Virus record (IMG/VR): IMGVR_UViG_3300034069_000823
Span: 2,090-66,089 of that record
Strand: one strand, 5' to 3'
From: a virus
Length of the DNA: 64,000 nt
Under the pieces are notes generated by a model, which made no database searches, was not told the origin of the DNA, and saw only the letters and a program-made list of their open reading frames with translations. The position numbers and the translations under genes are program-made. Positions 46,250 through 55,441 of the stretch are shown piece by piece (the first letter of the stretch is position 1; each line of letters starts with the position of its first letter).

Positions 46250-47200
46250 TTAGTTTTTATAATCAGCAAATGGATCTTCAAATGAGTCTGCATCAGATTC
46301 ATTACTACTTTCACTAAAGTTAGTCATATTTACTTGATACTTTTGAAATTTAAAAGGATAAACTCCAAAATTAGTAGTCTTAAAAGATCCATTAGATTTA
46401 GCTTCTTGTAATTTAGCATCTACATATTTATAATCAGTAGCTCCAAATCTAATAGGTACATGAGTAAATACAGCATCATATTCTTTATTATCATCAGAAA
46501 CTCTTACACCTACTAAAAGTTTTATTTGATTTTTAGGTTGATGTTTAATAGCATTCTTAATAGGAGAAACATCACCAGAAGCTATTTTCTTAATTTCATC
46601 TAAAGTAAAGAATCCTTCAGCATCTGCTAGATCTTTTCCTATTTTAGGTAATCTATTTTTATTACTATCATAATAAACTCCTGAAGGTATTAGGATCAAA
46701 GCTCTGATAAAAGTTAGTAATTCAACTTCTCCAATTAAAGCAGGACGCATACCCTCAGTAAGAAAACCACTTTGTATAGCAGATGCAGGAAGAGCTTTAG
46801 TTTTAAATTCTTCTTCAGTTATCCAAGCATTTTCTCCATAGTTATTAATTACTCTTATCTTATTTCTATCTCTAGTATATTGAATCTCATTTCTAATATT
46901 ATAAGTAGCTCTTATACTATAATTAATACCTTTAGATTCTTTATGATCTGGATTAGATCTTAAATAGAAAGTTACTCTAGTACCTATCTTATTTTGATTT
47001 TCATCCAAGATACTATAATCAATATCTTTTGTATAATTTCTATCTGGATATTTTTCTTGAAGTTCTTCTTTGGTAAAATTAACTCCTTCAATAAAGAAAG
47101 GTGCTACTCCTATATATCTACTAAAACCTGTTGTTTCTTTTGTTTCTGTTCCTTTACTAAATGCCATATTGATTCCTGAAATTTTATTTACTTTTTTCAT
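46250..47200 (-). CDS. Single-stranded DNA-binding protein (crAss-type); alternative start 47167
   Basis: Position between primase and Sak4-like ATPase; acidic tail ESDADSFEDPFADYKN. Confidence 0.6.
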   Translation of the reverse strand: MKKVNKISGINMAFSKGTETKETTGFSRYIGVAPFFIEGVNFTKEELQEKYPDRNYTKDIDYSILDENQNKIGTRVTFYLRSNPDHKESKGINYSIRATYNIRNEIQYTRDRNKIRVINNYGENAWITEEEFKTKALPASAIQSGFLTEGMRPALIGEVELLTFIRALILIPSGVYYDSNKNRLPKIGKDLADAEGFFTLDEIKKIASGDVSPIKNAIKHQPKNQIKLLVGVRVSDDNKEYDAVFTHVPIRFGATDYKYVDAKLQEAKSNGSFKTTNFGVYPFKFQKYQVNMTNFSESSNESDADSFEDPFADYKN

Positions 47201-47265
47201 AATGTAATTAATTTATTAAAAATATTTATTTATTAAAATTTATTTATACTCTATTTATTTATTAT

Positions 47266-47637
47266 TTAATCCAGACTAATATTGTTATGAACATCTACTT
47301 CTTTAAATACTTTTTCTGAAGGAACTTTAATTTCAGAAAAATTAAAATTACCATCTAATTCTTTAGGACCTTCATAAGTAATAGGTTGTGATACTTCATC
47401 TTCAGAGTCCTTATATGAAAGTCCATAAGGTTTAAGTATATTATCTACTAAAGCTATATATCCTTCTAAATTAGTAGATAAATTATTTAAAGTAGCTTCT
47501 GCTGTACTTATATAAATATCTAACTCAGTTTTAACTTTAGTCATTTTATCCTCTGTAGATTCTATAGATTTCAACATTCTTTTAACATTACCTCTTTCAA
47601 ATGAATCTAACTTACTTAAATCAAGATTTTTGCTCAT
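47266..47637 (-). CDS. Coiled-coil hypothetical protein
   Basis: ORF track, heptad pattern. Confidence 0.65.
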   Translation of the reverse strand: MSKNLDLSKLDSFERGNVKRMLKSIESTEDKMTKVKTELDIYISTAEATLNNLSTNLEGYIALVDNILKPYGLSYKDSEDEVSQPITYEGPKELDGNFNFSEIKVPSEKVFKEVDVHNNISLD

Positions 47638-47676
47638 AATTTTTTAATTTTTAATATTTATAAATGTATTGATTGA

Positions 47677-48405
47677 TTATATTTTATAATATTTTCTTAC
47701 TGTATCATCTACAAGTCTAAGAGAATTTGGTATTAAAAAGTCTTTAAACATTCCTAAAGGAGATTTAGCTGTACTTCTATTCTCTTGAGTTTCAAATCTA
47801 TACTGATTATTTCCATCAGTACCCTTTAATACAGAACTATAAAGAACCGTAGTTAATTTAGTTTCTAATCTTATCTTTTCAAGTTTCTTACCATTAGTAA
47901 CCAAACATTTTGATTCATTACCATCAACATCAGTATAGATAGTTACATGACCTCCAAGATATACTATTATATCTTTTCTTAATTCACTATTACAAAAAGT
48001 AATTAATTCATAGATGTCTTGAGCTAAATCTGCCCATTTGTCATAACTTTTCTTTTTGATGTCATTCATTTCTTTATCAAGCATAATACTATTTATAGTA
48101 TCAATATAAATAGATTTAATATGCTCATAACCATTAGCTTTAATTAATAAAGCTTTAATTTTAGAAGCATCACTTTCCCAAAAAACATTTTTACCTAAAA
48201 CCCAACCATTTTGCTCTAGATTAGGAAAAGGAAGTTGTTTTTTATCAGCATTTATAATAACTGTACTTTTAGGATCCATTCCTAAATAACCTTTTCCACT
48301 ACCATCTAATAAACCATCTATAGCTATAGATCCATCTGGATTAACTATTATAGATGTTGTTTTACCTTTACCACTTTCTGAAAATATTCCTACTGCTACT
48401 GCCAT
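47677..48405 (-). CDS. AAA_24/Sak4-like P-loop ATPase
   Basis: Walker A SESGKGKTTS, Walker B IYIDT, GGH, and AKSPLGMF C-terminal motif. Confidence 0.8.
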   Translation of the reverse strand: MAVAVGIFSESGKGKTTSIIVNPDGSIAIDGLLDGSGKGYLGMDPKSTVIINADKKQLPFPNLEQNGWVLGKNVFWESDASKIKALLIKANGYEHIKSIYIDTINSIMLDKEMNDIKKKSYDKWADLAQDIYELITFCNSELRKDIIVYLGGHVTIYTDVDGNESKCLVTNGKKLEKIRLETKLTTVLYSSVLKGTDGNNQYRFETQENRSTAKSPLGMFKDFLIPNSLRLVDDTVRKYYKI

Positions 48406-48406
48406 A

Positions 48407-48673
48407 TTATTTTAATTTTAATTTATTTAAAGAATTTTTTACTTCACCTAACGAATCTATTACATTATTTTTTCTTTGAATTAATGTTATAACCATATCT
48501 AAAAGAAGTCCTATACAAAGAGAATCTAAATATCCAATACTAACTACATTAGGCAACAAAGCTACTAATATGTAATTAAAAGATATATAGATAATTAGTC
48601 CTAAGAAAGCAAGTACTAAAACTAATATAGATAGTCTAATGAATAAAATTAATATAAATATTTTATTTTTCAT
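48407..48673 (-). CDS. Small membrane protein
   Basis: 88 aa, two to three hydrophobic segments. Confidence 0.6.
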   Translation of the reverse strand: MKNKIFILILFIRLSILVLVLAFLGLIIYISFNYILVALLPNVVSIGYLDSLCIGLLLDMVITLIQRKNNVIDSLGEVKNSLNKLKLK

Positions 48674-48676
48674 AAT

Positions 48677-49876
48677 TTAATTATTTTGAGCTTCTAATGC
48701 CATTTTTTTATAAACTTCTAATTTAGGATCATTAGGAAGAGGTAATTCTTTAAAGAAATTACAAGCACCATCAAAGTATAAAGGACTTATAACTCCAGAA
48801 GAACCATTTCTATTTAGACATACTTCTAAAAATCTTAAATTATCTTTAAAAGTAAATACATCATAGCCTTCCCATTGAGTAATATTAGAGTTATTAACAC
48901 TCTTTGCAAACTTATAAGGACTAAACAATCCTAACATAACATTGCAATCTCTTTGTGTAGTTTTATTCTCACCCAAACCATCTGGAGAAGGAGTAATTCT
49001 ACCTAACTTAAAAGACTCATTACCTTCTTTATCAGCAGCTTGTTGTTGTACATCTACACAAGTAAATCCATAGATATTTCTTAAGACTACATTATCCTGA
49101 GAACTTGCTTTACCAATTGTTTGTCTTAAATCCATTTTAGATTCAGTAGAATATAAAGAGACATGATCTACAATTTTAATAACATATAATTCAGGATCAT
49201 TTGGAATATATCTATCTTTTACTTTCTTAGTTTTTTCAACAATTATAGTATCTTCCTCTCCTGTTATTTTATTAAATCCTTTTTTCTTCTCTGTAAACTC
49301 TACTGTTTTATAAGTTATTTTACCATTAGCTTCAGCAAATTCTACACATTTTTTGAATATACCATAAGGATTTCTATTTGTCTCATCAAAGATAATAACA
49401 TCTTCCAGAAAATCAAAGAATTCTTTATATTCTCTACTATCTAAAATCTCTAAAACTTCTTCTGATAAGGGATTATTTTCATTAAGAGAATTTAATTGCT
49501 TTGTGTCAATTCTAATTTTACCATTGCTAAAAGTATATAACCAATAACAAGTAAACTGAGACATCTTTTCTTGTATACTCATTTCCAAAGAAAAATAAAG
49601 AATTTTTACCCTTACCTTGTCTCTATTTTTAAAAGCATAATTAATAACTGACAATACAAACAGAAAATCTGCAATTTGAGTTTTACCTACTTTTGAATTT
49701 GCTGTTATTATATAGTTTTTAGCTTTTTCAATGCCAGGTAATTCTTTTCTAAATCTTTCAAAAGGAAATGGTATGCAATTAATACCTCCTGTGAGTATTT
49801 TTTGTCTTTTTTCCTTATATTCTTTAAAGAATCTTCTATGTAATCTTTCCTCTTTTATTTCTTCATTGTCATTCAT
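48677..49876 (-). CDS. dnaB: DnaB-like SF4 replicative helicase
   Basis: ANSKVGKTQ, YFSLEMS, IVDHV, VQQQ, TQRDCNVMLGL and NRNG motifs. Confidence 0.88.
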   Translation of the reverse strand: MNDNEEIKEERLHRRFFKEYKEKRQKILTGGINCIPFPFERFRKELPGIEKAKNYIITANSKVGKTQIADFLFVLSVINYAFKNRDKVRVKILYFSLEMSIQEKMSQFTCYWLYTFSNGKIRIDTKQLNSLNENNPLSEEVLEILDSREYKEFFDFLEDVIIFDETNRNPYGIFKKCVEFAEANGKITYKTVEFTEKKKGFNKITGEEDTIIVEKTKKVKDRYIPNDPELYVIKIVDHVSLYSTESKMDLRQTIGKASSQDNVVLRNIYGFTCVDVQQQAADKEGNESFKLGRITPSPDGLGENKTTQRDCNVMLGLFSPYKFAKSVNNSNITQWEGYDVFTFKDNLRFLEVCLNRNGSSGVISPLYFDGACNFFKELPLPNDPKLEVYKKMALEAQNN

Positions 49877-50268
49877 TTAAGTAAAGTTTTTATTTCTAAT
49901 GCTTTATATAATGAAGCTTCCATAGCTTTCTCATAAGTTGTAGACTCTTTTACTGATATATTTATTTCAGGATCTTTTAATAAATTTACAAATCCTGAAA
50001 ATATTCTCTTATCTTCATCTTTAAATCCTTTATATTTTAAGTGTGATTTTATTTGTATATACATATCCATACTATCTCTTAACCACTTATGAAGATGTGA
50101 CTGTGTAGGAGCAGCATAACATCCATCCTCATCAGGAGTAATTACTACTTCTACATTCATATATATCAACTCTCCCTTTTCATTATATCTATAATAAACA
50201 GGATAATTAAATCCTAATTGTTTAGCAAAACGTGCAGTCTCAAATTCTATCAAAGTATCTTTAATCAT
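49873..50268 (-). CDS. Hypothetical phage protein (ETAxxAKxLGF...APTQ family; TGA stop)
   Basis: ORF track; similar to 52807-53334. Confidence 0.65.
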   Translation of the reverse strand: MIKDTLIEFETARFAKQLGFNYPVYYRYNEKGELIYMNVEVVITPDEDGCYAAPTQSHLHKWLRDSMDMYIQIKSHLKYKGFKDEDKRIFSGFVNLLKDPEINISVKESTTYEKAMEASLYKALEIKTLLK

Positions 50269-50273
50269 AGTTA

Positions 50274-50867
50274 TTATATTAATTTATTTATAGGTAATCT
50301 TACTATAGGATCATTTTCACTTTCTTTATTTTCAATAAATGTTAGTAAATCATATTCAAAATTACCGTCTTCTTTCTTTTTACTAATGAAATATTTTAAA
50401 GTTTTCATCAATCTAGTATTATGTCCATAAGACTTTACATAATTTTCAGTAGCTTCAATTACAATTTCATCACTAAAATCTCCAAACTTCTTAAAAAAAG
50501 CTTGTAATCTTTCTTTAATTTCAGCAGAACTTCCCCTCCAATAATTATTAGTTCCTTCTTTCTTACCTGAAGGAAATAGCTCTCTTAATTTATTAGCAAG
50601 ATTCTCTAATCTGGTTTTCTGATCTATACTTATATTATCACCTTCTAATATAATTTTATTTAGTTTATCTATAGCCTTAGTAGTTAGAAAGTAATCTCCT
50701 TTTCCTACACCACCTTCTCCATAAGACTGTGATATATAAAATTTAGAATACATCAGATCATTTATTTCTTCTTTACTAATATTTTGAGATAAGGCAATCA
50801 TAAAACTAAATTGAGCTAATGAAAGTTTATGCTTTTCTAATAATTTAGTGTCTATGCATATTTTCAT
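50274..50867 (-). CDS. Conserved crAss-like protein, possible replication initiator/helicase loader
   Basis: LRELFPSG...LKYFI pattern; position upstream of dnaB. Function is inferred. Confidence 0.5.
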   Translation of the reverse strand: MKICIDTKLLEKHKLSLAQFSFMIALSQNISKEEINDLMYSKFYISQSYGEGGVGKGDYFLTTKAIDKLNKIILEGDNISIDQKTRLENLANKLRELFPSGKKEGTNNYWRGSSAEIKERLQAFFKKFGDFSDEIVIEATENYVKSYGHNTRLMKTLKYFISKKKEDGNFEYDLLTFIENKESENDPIVRLPINKLI

Positions 50868-50956
50868 ATTTTTATAAGATTATTATTATTACCATCATCA
50901 TTATTTCCTAAGAAAATAACTACTATTATCATTCCTATTATTATTCCCCATATCAT
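50864..50956 (-). CDS. 30-aa single-TM peptide (not in track; TGA stop)
   Basis: MIWGIIIGMIIVVIFLGNNDDGNNNNLIKI; ATGA overlaps at both ends. Confidence 0.6.
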   Translation of the reverse strand: MIWGIIIGMIIVVIFLGNNDDGNNNNLIKI

Positions 50957-52194
50957 AACTTAAATGTATTTAAATTTTTAATTTCATGAATATATCTTTT
51001 ATCAATACTTTCAAGTACATTGTTTAAATAAATTTCATCTTGAGTATTTTTATAATAAAAAATAAATTGAATAGGTTCATTACTTCTTAGTACTCTACCA
51101 TGTTTTTGTATAAAAGGTCTTATTTTACCATCTAATTGACTTATAATACCTACTTCTATATTATTTAAATTCTGACCCTCCACAAGCATACCTACACAAA
51201 AGATAGAATTAATATCTCCTTTTTGAAACTTACTTAATATACTCTTACTTTGTTTATTTTTAGAGTGTATTACATTATCTTTTCCTAATGTGTTAGCTTG
51301 CTCTATTGAAGAACAAAAGCATATTAATCTTTTATCTTTTACTTTTTCAAGGAGTGTAGATAAGTCATTTGTCTTAAGACCTCCTAAGAACTTTTTTCTT
51401 TCTAATCCTAATTTTAACCACTTATTTTTTATATGTATAAGATTATTTTTATAATATAAATTCTTATAAAAGTTTATTAAGGAATCATAGTAATTTAAAG
51501 TTTCTTTTTGGGTACACTTTATAGTAAGTTTTAAATTAGGATATTTTACAGAATTTAATTTATAGGTCCAATAATTAGACATATCACAAGTAATATTTAC
51601 TTTTTTACCTTTACCTCTTTCTTCTACTAAAGTAATATTCTTATTTGTATTATCTAAAGTTAAAGGTATTATGTAAATATATGGTTTTGGTATAAGACCC
51701 ATTTCAATTGCTTCTTTTACTCCTATTTTTGATACATAAATATTCTCTTTATTAGTTTTCTTAAAAACATTAAATAAAAGAGAATATTCTTCTGTTTCTT
51801 CTAAAGTAGCAGATAAAGCACATACTTTTTTTGTGTTTAATTTTTGTAAATAACTTATTCTAAGTTCAGATAAATGATGACATTCATCAAGAACTAGTAG
51901 ATCCCATGAAGTATTTTCATATTTTTTTAAAGATGCATAACACTCTATAGTTATATCACACTCTTTTAAAGCGTCAAATTTAAACAAATTATTAAACTTT
52001 TCAAACTCTTTTATCCAATTTTCTTTATGAAAATTTTCAGATACAACTAATAAAACTTTTCTAGGTAAAACTTCTTTTATTAATCTTATTGCCCCAAAAG
52101 ACTTTCCAACACCTGTAGCCCATTGGAGCAATATTAAAAACTTATCTTTGTTTTTTATTACTTCTTCTTGTATTTGATTTTTTATATTTTTCAT
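50953..52194 (-). CDS. Superfamily 2 helicase/ATPase (TGA stop)
   Basis: WATGVGKS, LVLDECHH, SAT, VEGQNL and QKHGRVLR motifs; start MKNIKNQ at 52194 preferred. Confidence 0.85.
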   Translation of the reverse strand: MKNIKNQIQEEVIKNKDKFLILLQWATGVGKSFGAIRLIKEVLPRKVLLVVSENFHKENWIKEFEKFNNLFKFDALKECDITIECYASLKKYENTSWDLLVLDECHHLSELRISYLQKLNTKKVCALSATLEETEEYSLLFNVFKKTNKENIYVSKIGVKEAIEMGLIPKPYIYIIPLTLDNTNKNITLVEERGKGKKVNITCDMSNYWTYKLNSVKYPNLKLTIKCTQKETLNYYDSLINFYKNLYYKNNLIHIKNKWLKLGLERKKFLGGLKTNDLSTLLEKVKDKRLICFCSSIEQANTLGKDNVIHSKNKQSKSILSKFQKGDINSIFCVGMLVEGQNLNNIEVGIISQLDGKIRPFIQKHGRVLRSNEPIQFIFYYKNTQDEIYLNNVLESIDKRYIHEIKNLNTFKL

Positions 52195-52270
52195 ACATAC
52201 AAACTTTTCCTCTTGGTAATCTAATAAATACTCCAGATTCTGTAGCAAAAATTAAGTTCCCTGTGTTCAT
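52142..52270 (-). CDS. Possible 42-aa basic peptide (not in track)
   Basis: MNTGNLIFATESGVFIRLPRGKVCMYEKYKKSNTRRSNKKQR; overlaps the helicase start. Confidence 0.4.
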   Translation of the reverse strand: MNTGNLIFATESGVFIRLPRGKVCMYEKYKKSNTRRSNKKQR

Positions 52271-52426
52271 AACTTTTAAATTTTTTTTATTTTATAAATC
52301 CTGTAATATATAAAACATAACACATAATTGATCTACCAAATGATAATTACTTAAATACAAAGAAAAAGAATATATTATTTTTATAATTACTCTTTTCATA
52401 TAAAATAGTTTTACACAACTAATACT

Positions 52427-52798
52427 CTAAGAAGTACTATCAGATAGTATTTTAATTCCATCATCCTCCATTAAGGCTGTAATTTTACCATCTTTAGTAA
52501 CATAATGATCTACCCAGTTAAATACAAATACTACAAATTCTCTTTGTGACCTTGAAAGAGTAGACTTCTTTTCGTTTATTAATCTAATATGATAATCAAT
52601 TACACTCCAATCTATTTGTTTACTATTCTCAAACATAGGATTTCTACAAGCTTCTTCTTTTAGATCTTTTAATCTACGAAGATATTTACGCATAATCCTT
52701 GGTTCTACTTTTGCTAAAGCGTACATATAATACTTAAAAGATTCTTCATAATTTTTAAACCTTTTAAGAACTCTAGCTTTTTCTAATTTTTCTGCCAT
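52427..52798 (-). CDS. Hypothetical protein, 123 aa
   Basis: ORF track. Confidence 0.65.
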   Translation of the reverse strand: MAEKLEKARVLKRFKNYEESFKYYMYALAKVEPRIMRKYLRRLKDLKEEACRNPMFENSKQIDWSVIDYHIRLINEKKSTLSRSQREFVVFVFNWVDHYVTKDGKITALMEDDGIKILSDSTS

Positions 52799-52806
52799 TT
52801 CTATAT

Positions 52807-53334
52807 TTATTTTATGTTTAAAAGACTAATGCAGTCTTTACAATAGTTATCTTCACTTAAACCTCCAGAACATTCATCACAGTATGGAAGTTTACAATGT
52901 TCACAAATATATTCAGTATAACCTGTACATAAATGACACTTAAGACCTTCATCTGTTTCTATTCTTTCTAGTATAAAATCAAGTGTAAGATCTAGTAATT
53001 CCTTTTCTACTAATTCTACATCTTTATTACTATCAGTAGCAATACATTGACAATGTGAAAGAGAAGTCATTTCTCCATAATATTGAGGTTTAACAACACT
53101 AATTTTTAACTCTAAAAAAATACCTATTTTCTGATATTTTTTTCTTATAAAATTAATAGCTTCTGATACTGTAGGAGCAGAAATATAATGAATATTATCT
53201 ATAAAATCCAATCTCTCTATCTCTCTACGTCTATATAATTTTAAATCATATTTTCTATAAATATATATAGTAGGCATGTTAAATCCTAACTTTACTAATC
53301 TATTTGCAGTTGTATATGTTACTATATTACTCAT
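52807..53334 (-). CDS. Hypothetical protein, paralog-like to 49873-50268, with C-terminal Zn-finger
   Basis: TTANRLVKLGFN...SAPTV; eight C-terminal Cys in CxxC pairs. Confidence 0.65.
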   Translation of the reverse strand: MSNIVTYTTANRLVKLGFNMPTIYIYRKYDLKLYRRREIERLDFIDNIHYISAPTVSEAINFIRKKYQKIGIFLELKISVVKPQYYGEMTSLSHCQCIATDSNKDVELVEKELLDLTLDFILERIETDEGLKCHLCTGYTEYICEHCKLPYCDECSGGLSEDNYCKDCISLLNIK

Positions 53335-53608
53335 TACTTTGATTTCTTTCTTTATTTAATTCTAATAGTAAAGCATTAGCAGATGCTACTGCATATATTG
53401 AGTTTCGATGTGCTTGCTGTCTATCCGCTCCACTTGCTAACATTCCTTGCATTGCCATAGCTGCGAATAGTTCTTTCTTAGTTAAACCTAAAGTACTTGT
53501 GATATAATTACCAGAAATGTTATTTAATTCTTTTGGAAAAGGAGATCTATAACTATCTTTTCCAGTCTTTTTTAATAACTGAGCAAATACAAAATCATCT
53601 TTTTTCAT
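53327..53608 (-). CDS. Hypothetical phage protein (GLTKKELFAAMAMQG family)
   Basis: Motif resembles the widespread phage 'LRDYFAAKAMQG' family. Confidence 0.65.
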   Translation of the reverse strand: MKKDDFVFAQLLKKTGKDSYRSPFPKELNNISGNYITSTLGLTKKELFAAMAMQGMLASGADRQQAHRNSIYAVASANALLLELNKERNQSNE

Positions 53609-53609
53609 A

Positions 53610-53792
53610 TTATTCTTTTTTTAATAATCCAAGTGCATAATTAAATCCTTCCATAAAGGAGGTCTCTCTTACAATAGAGTCTGTTTTTCTATTCTCAAGT
53701 CCAGAATGATTTTGATAAGTACATTTAACTTGAGTACTACTACTAAATTTTCTGGAAGCTTTGACTGCTTTATTTATTAAAGATGTATTCAT
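53610..53792 (-). CDS. Small hypothetical protein
   Basis: ORF track, 60 aa. Confidence 0.55.
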   Translation of the reverse strand: MNTSLINKAVKASRKFSSSTQVKCTYQNHSGLENRKTDSIVRETSFMEGFNYALGLLKKE

Positions 53793-53803
53793 ATTCAGAT
53801 CTT

Positions 53804-54298
53804 TTATGATATACTTGATTTTAATTTAGAATTTAATTCTTGTATTTTTTCTTCTATAATAATAATTGCTTTTTCTTCTGATATAGCAGTAACACAATTA
53901 TCTTCAGTTCCAAGTATAATAGTATCTTCTTTTTCTTCTAAAGTCATTTGATTAAGATTAATAACTATCATTGGACCTGTTAATAGCATTGTATTATCCT
54001 GTATAGAAAATTTATAAGAATCAAAACTTTCTTTTAATCTATACATTATATTCTGATCTAAATTTATAAAACGTTCAAAAATATTAATTAATTCTATTAA
54101 TTTATTAGAAGCTATATATAATAACCTTTCTAAAATATCTTTTTTATAACTATTTTTCTTTAAATCTCCATTTCTTTGAATTAATTCTGAGGATGCAAGT
54201 TCTTCTTTAGCCATTTCAAACCTTTTTTCTTTTAACTTTTTATTCATTTCTGCAAAATAGTCTGAAACGTAAGATTGATATAAGTCATTTTTTCCCAT
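53804..54298 (-). CDS. Hypothetical protein, 164 aa
   Basis: ORF track. Confidence 0.6.
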   Translation of the reverse strand: MGKNDLYQSYVSDYFAEMNKKLKEKRFEMAKEELASSELIQRNGDLKKNSYKKDILERLLYIASNKLIELINIFERFINLDQNIMYRLKESFDSYKFSIQDNTMLLTGPMIVINLNQMTLEEKEDTIILGTEDNCVTAISEEKAIIIIEEKIQELNSKLKSSIS

Positions 54299-54327
54299 AA
54301 TATATTTAATTTTTTTTGTTAAGTTAA

Positions 54328-54732
54328 TTACTCTACTATTTCATAGTCTTCGTCAAATAATCTAATATGTTCTTTTATTTTATCATTATATATCCAAACA
54401 TCCTCCTCAAAATTTTCTTCATGTAATTCTGAGTATTCTACTCTATCATATACTTTTTCTGGAATTAAACCAAAAAGATAACATAGAGAATTATTTGTAA
54501 TTTTTACTTTTTTAATTTTTGATATTGTATCTTTTCTTTTTTTCTTTTGCTCCTTATAATAGGAACAAGATTCTATATTTTTTACTACTTCTATATTAGT
54601 AGAAAAAGGGAAACTCCTTCCTTCTAATCCACAACATTTACATTTAAAAGTATCATAAGGGTACCATTTTTTAGAAGCTAAAGTTGGATCTTGTTTTTCA
54701 AATTGATGATAATTAATTTTTACATATTCCAT
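54328..54732 (-). CDS. Hypothetical protein with CxCC motif
   Basis: ORF track. Confidence 0.6.
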   Translation of the reverse strand: MEYVKINYHQFEKQDPTLASKKWYPYDTFKCKCCGLEGRSFPFSTNIEVVKNIESCSYYKEQKKKRKDTISKIKKVKITNNSLCYLFGLIPEKVYDRVEYSELHEENFEEDVWIYNDKIKEHIRLFDEDYEIVE

Positions 54733-54736
54733 ACTA

Positions 54737-55126
54737 TTAAGTTGTTAATTTAAAATATTCCATTAACTCTTTTTCTGTAGCTTCTCTAAAATTATCAACA
54801 TTACAATCACTTAATGTGTAATAATCATCAATATATTTTTTATAATCTTCATATTCTGATTTTATAAAAATATAATCATCAGTAAAGTATTTATTTATAT
54901 TACTATCGTCTCTAACTGCTGTAAGTGCTTTGAAAAGTGGAAGATTCCCCACACAATTTGTTTCAACTCCATTTCTATATATGGAATCAGTAATAAATGC
55001 ATAATTATTACTTGTCTGAATCCACCCTTCTTCTTTTTTAGTTGGATATTCTAATGTATAACCTAAAAGTTCTAAATGAGTAATAGCTTCTTTACTATTT
55101 TCTATATAACAACTGTATTTAAACAT
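54737..55126 (-). CDS. Hypothetical protein, 129 aa
   Basis: Start MFKYSCY at 55126 avoids overlap with the upstream gene. Confidence 0.6.
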   Translation of the reverse strand: MFKYSCYIENSKEAITHLELLGYTLEYPTKKEEGWIQTSNNYAFITDSIYRNGVETNCVGNLPLFKALTAVRDDSNINKYFTDDYIFIKSEYEDYKKYIDDYYTLSDCNVDNFREATEKELMEYFKLTT

Positions 55127-55143
55127 AATTTTATTTTTTTTAA

Positions 55144-55404
55144 TTATCTGATGATCCATTTTTCTCCTTCCTCTATTTCTGTAAGATAATACCAAGAATC
55201 TTCAAAACTTCTCCTTCCTCCACCATTAGATAAATGTTCTACTGAAATTATTTGTTGTTCAGTTGCTTTTTCTAAGGGGCATTCATATAAGAAATTACAT
55301 AATTGTTGCAAGTTAGGTTTTTCTAAATAAGCTGTCTCAAAATATGATAATCCGTATTGCTCGTAAGCATTTACTTCACTTGTTATAACCCATATAGTTT
55401 TCAT
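55144..55404 (-). CDS. Hypothetical protein, 86 aa
   Basis: ORF track. Confidence 0.6.
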   Translation of the reverse strand: MKTIWVITSEVNAYEQYGLSYFETAYLEKPNLQQLCNFLYECPLEKATEQQIISVEHLSNGGGRRSFEDSWYYLTEIEEGEKWIIR

Positions 55405-55441
55405 AATTATTTCTTTTATTCCTTTAAAATTTTTTATATTT

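Noticed and set aside
52292-52399. 35-codon minus-strand ORF (MKRVIIKIIYSFSL...)
   Set aside because: Very short, with atypical composition; equally likely an AT-rich intergenic region.
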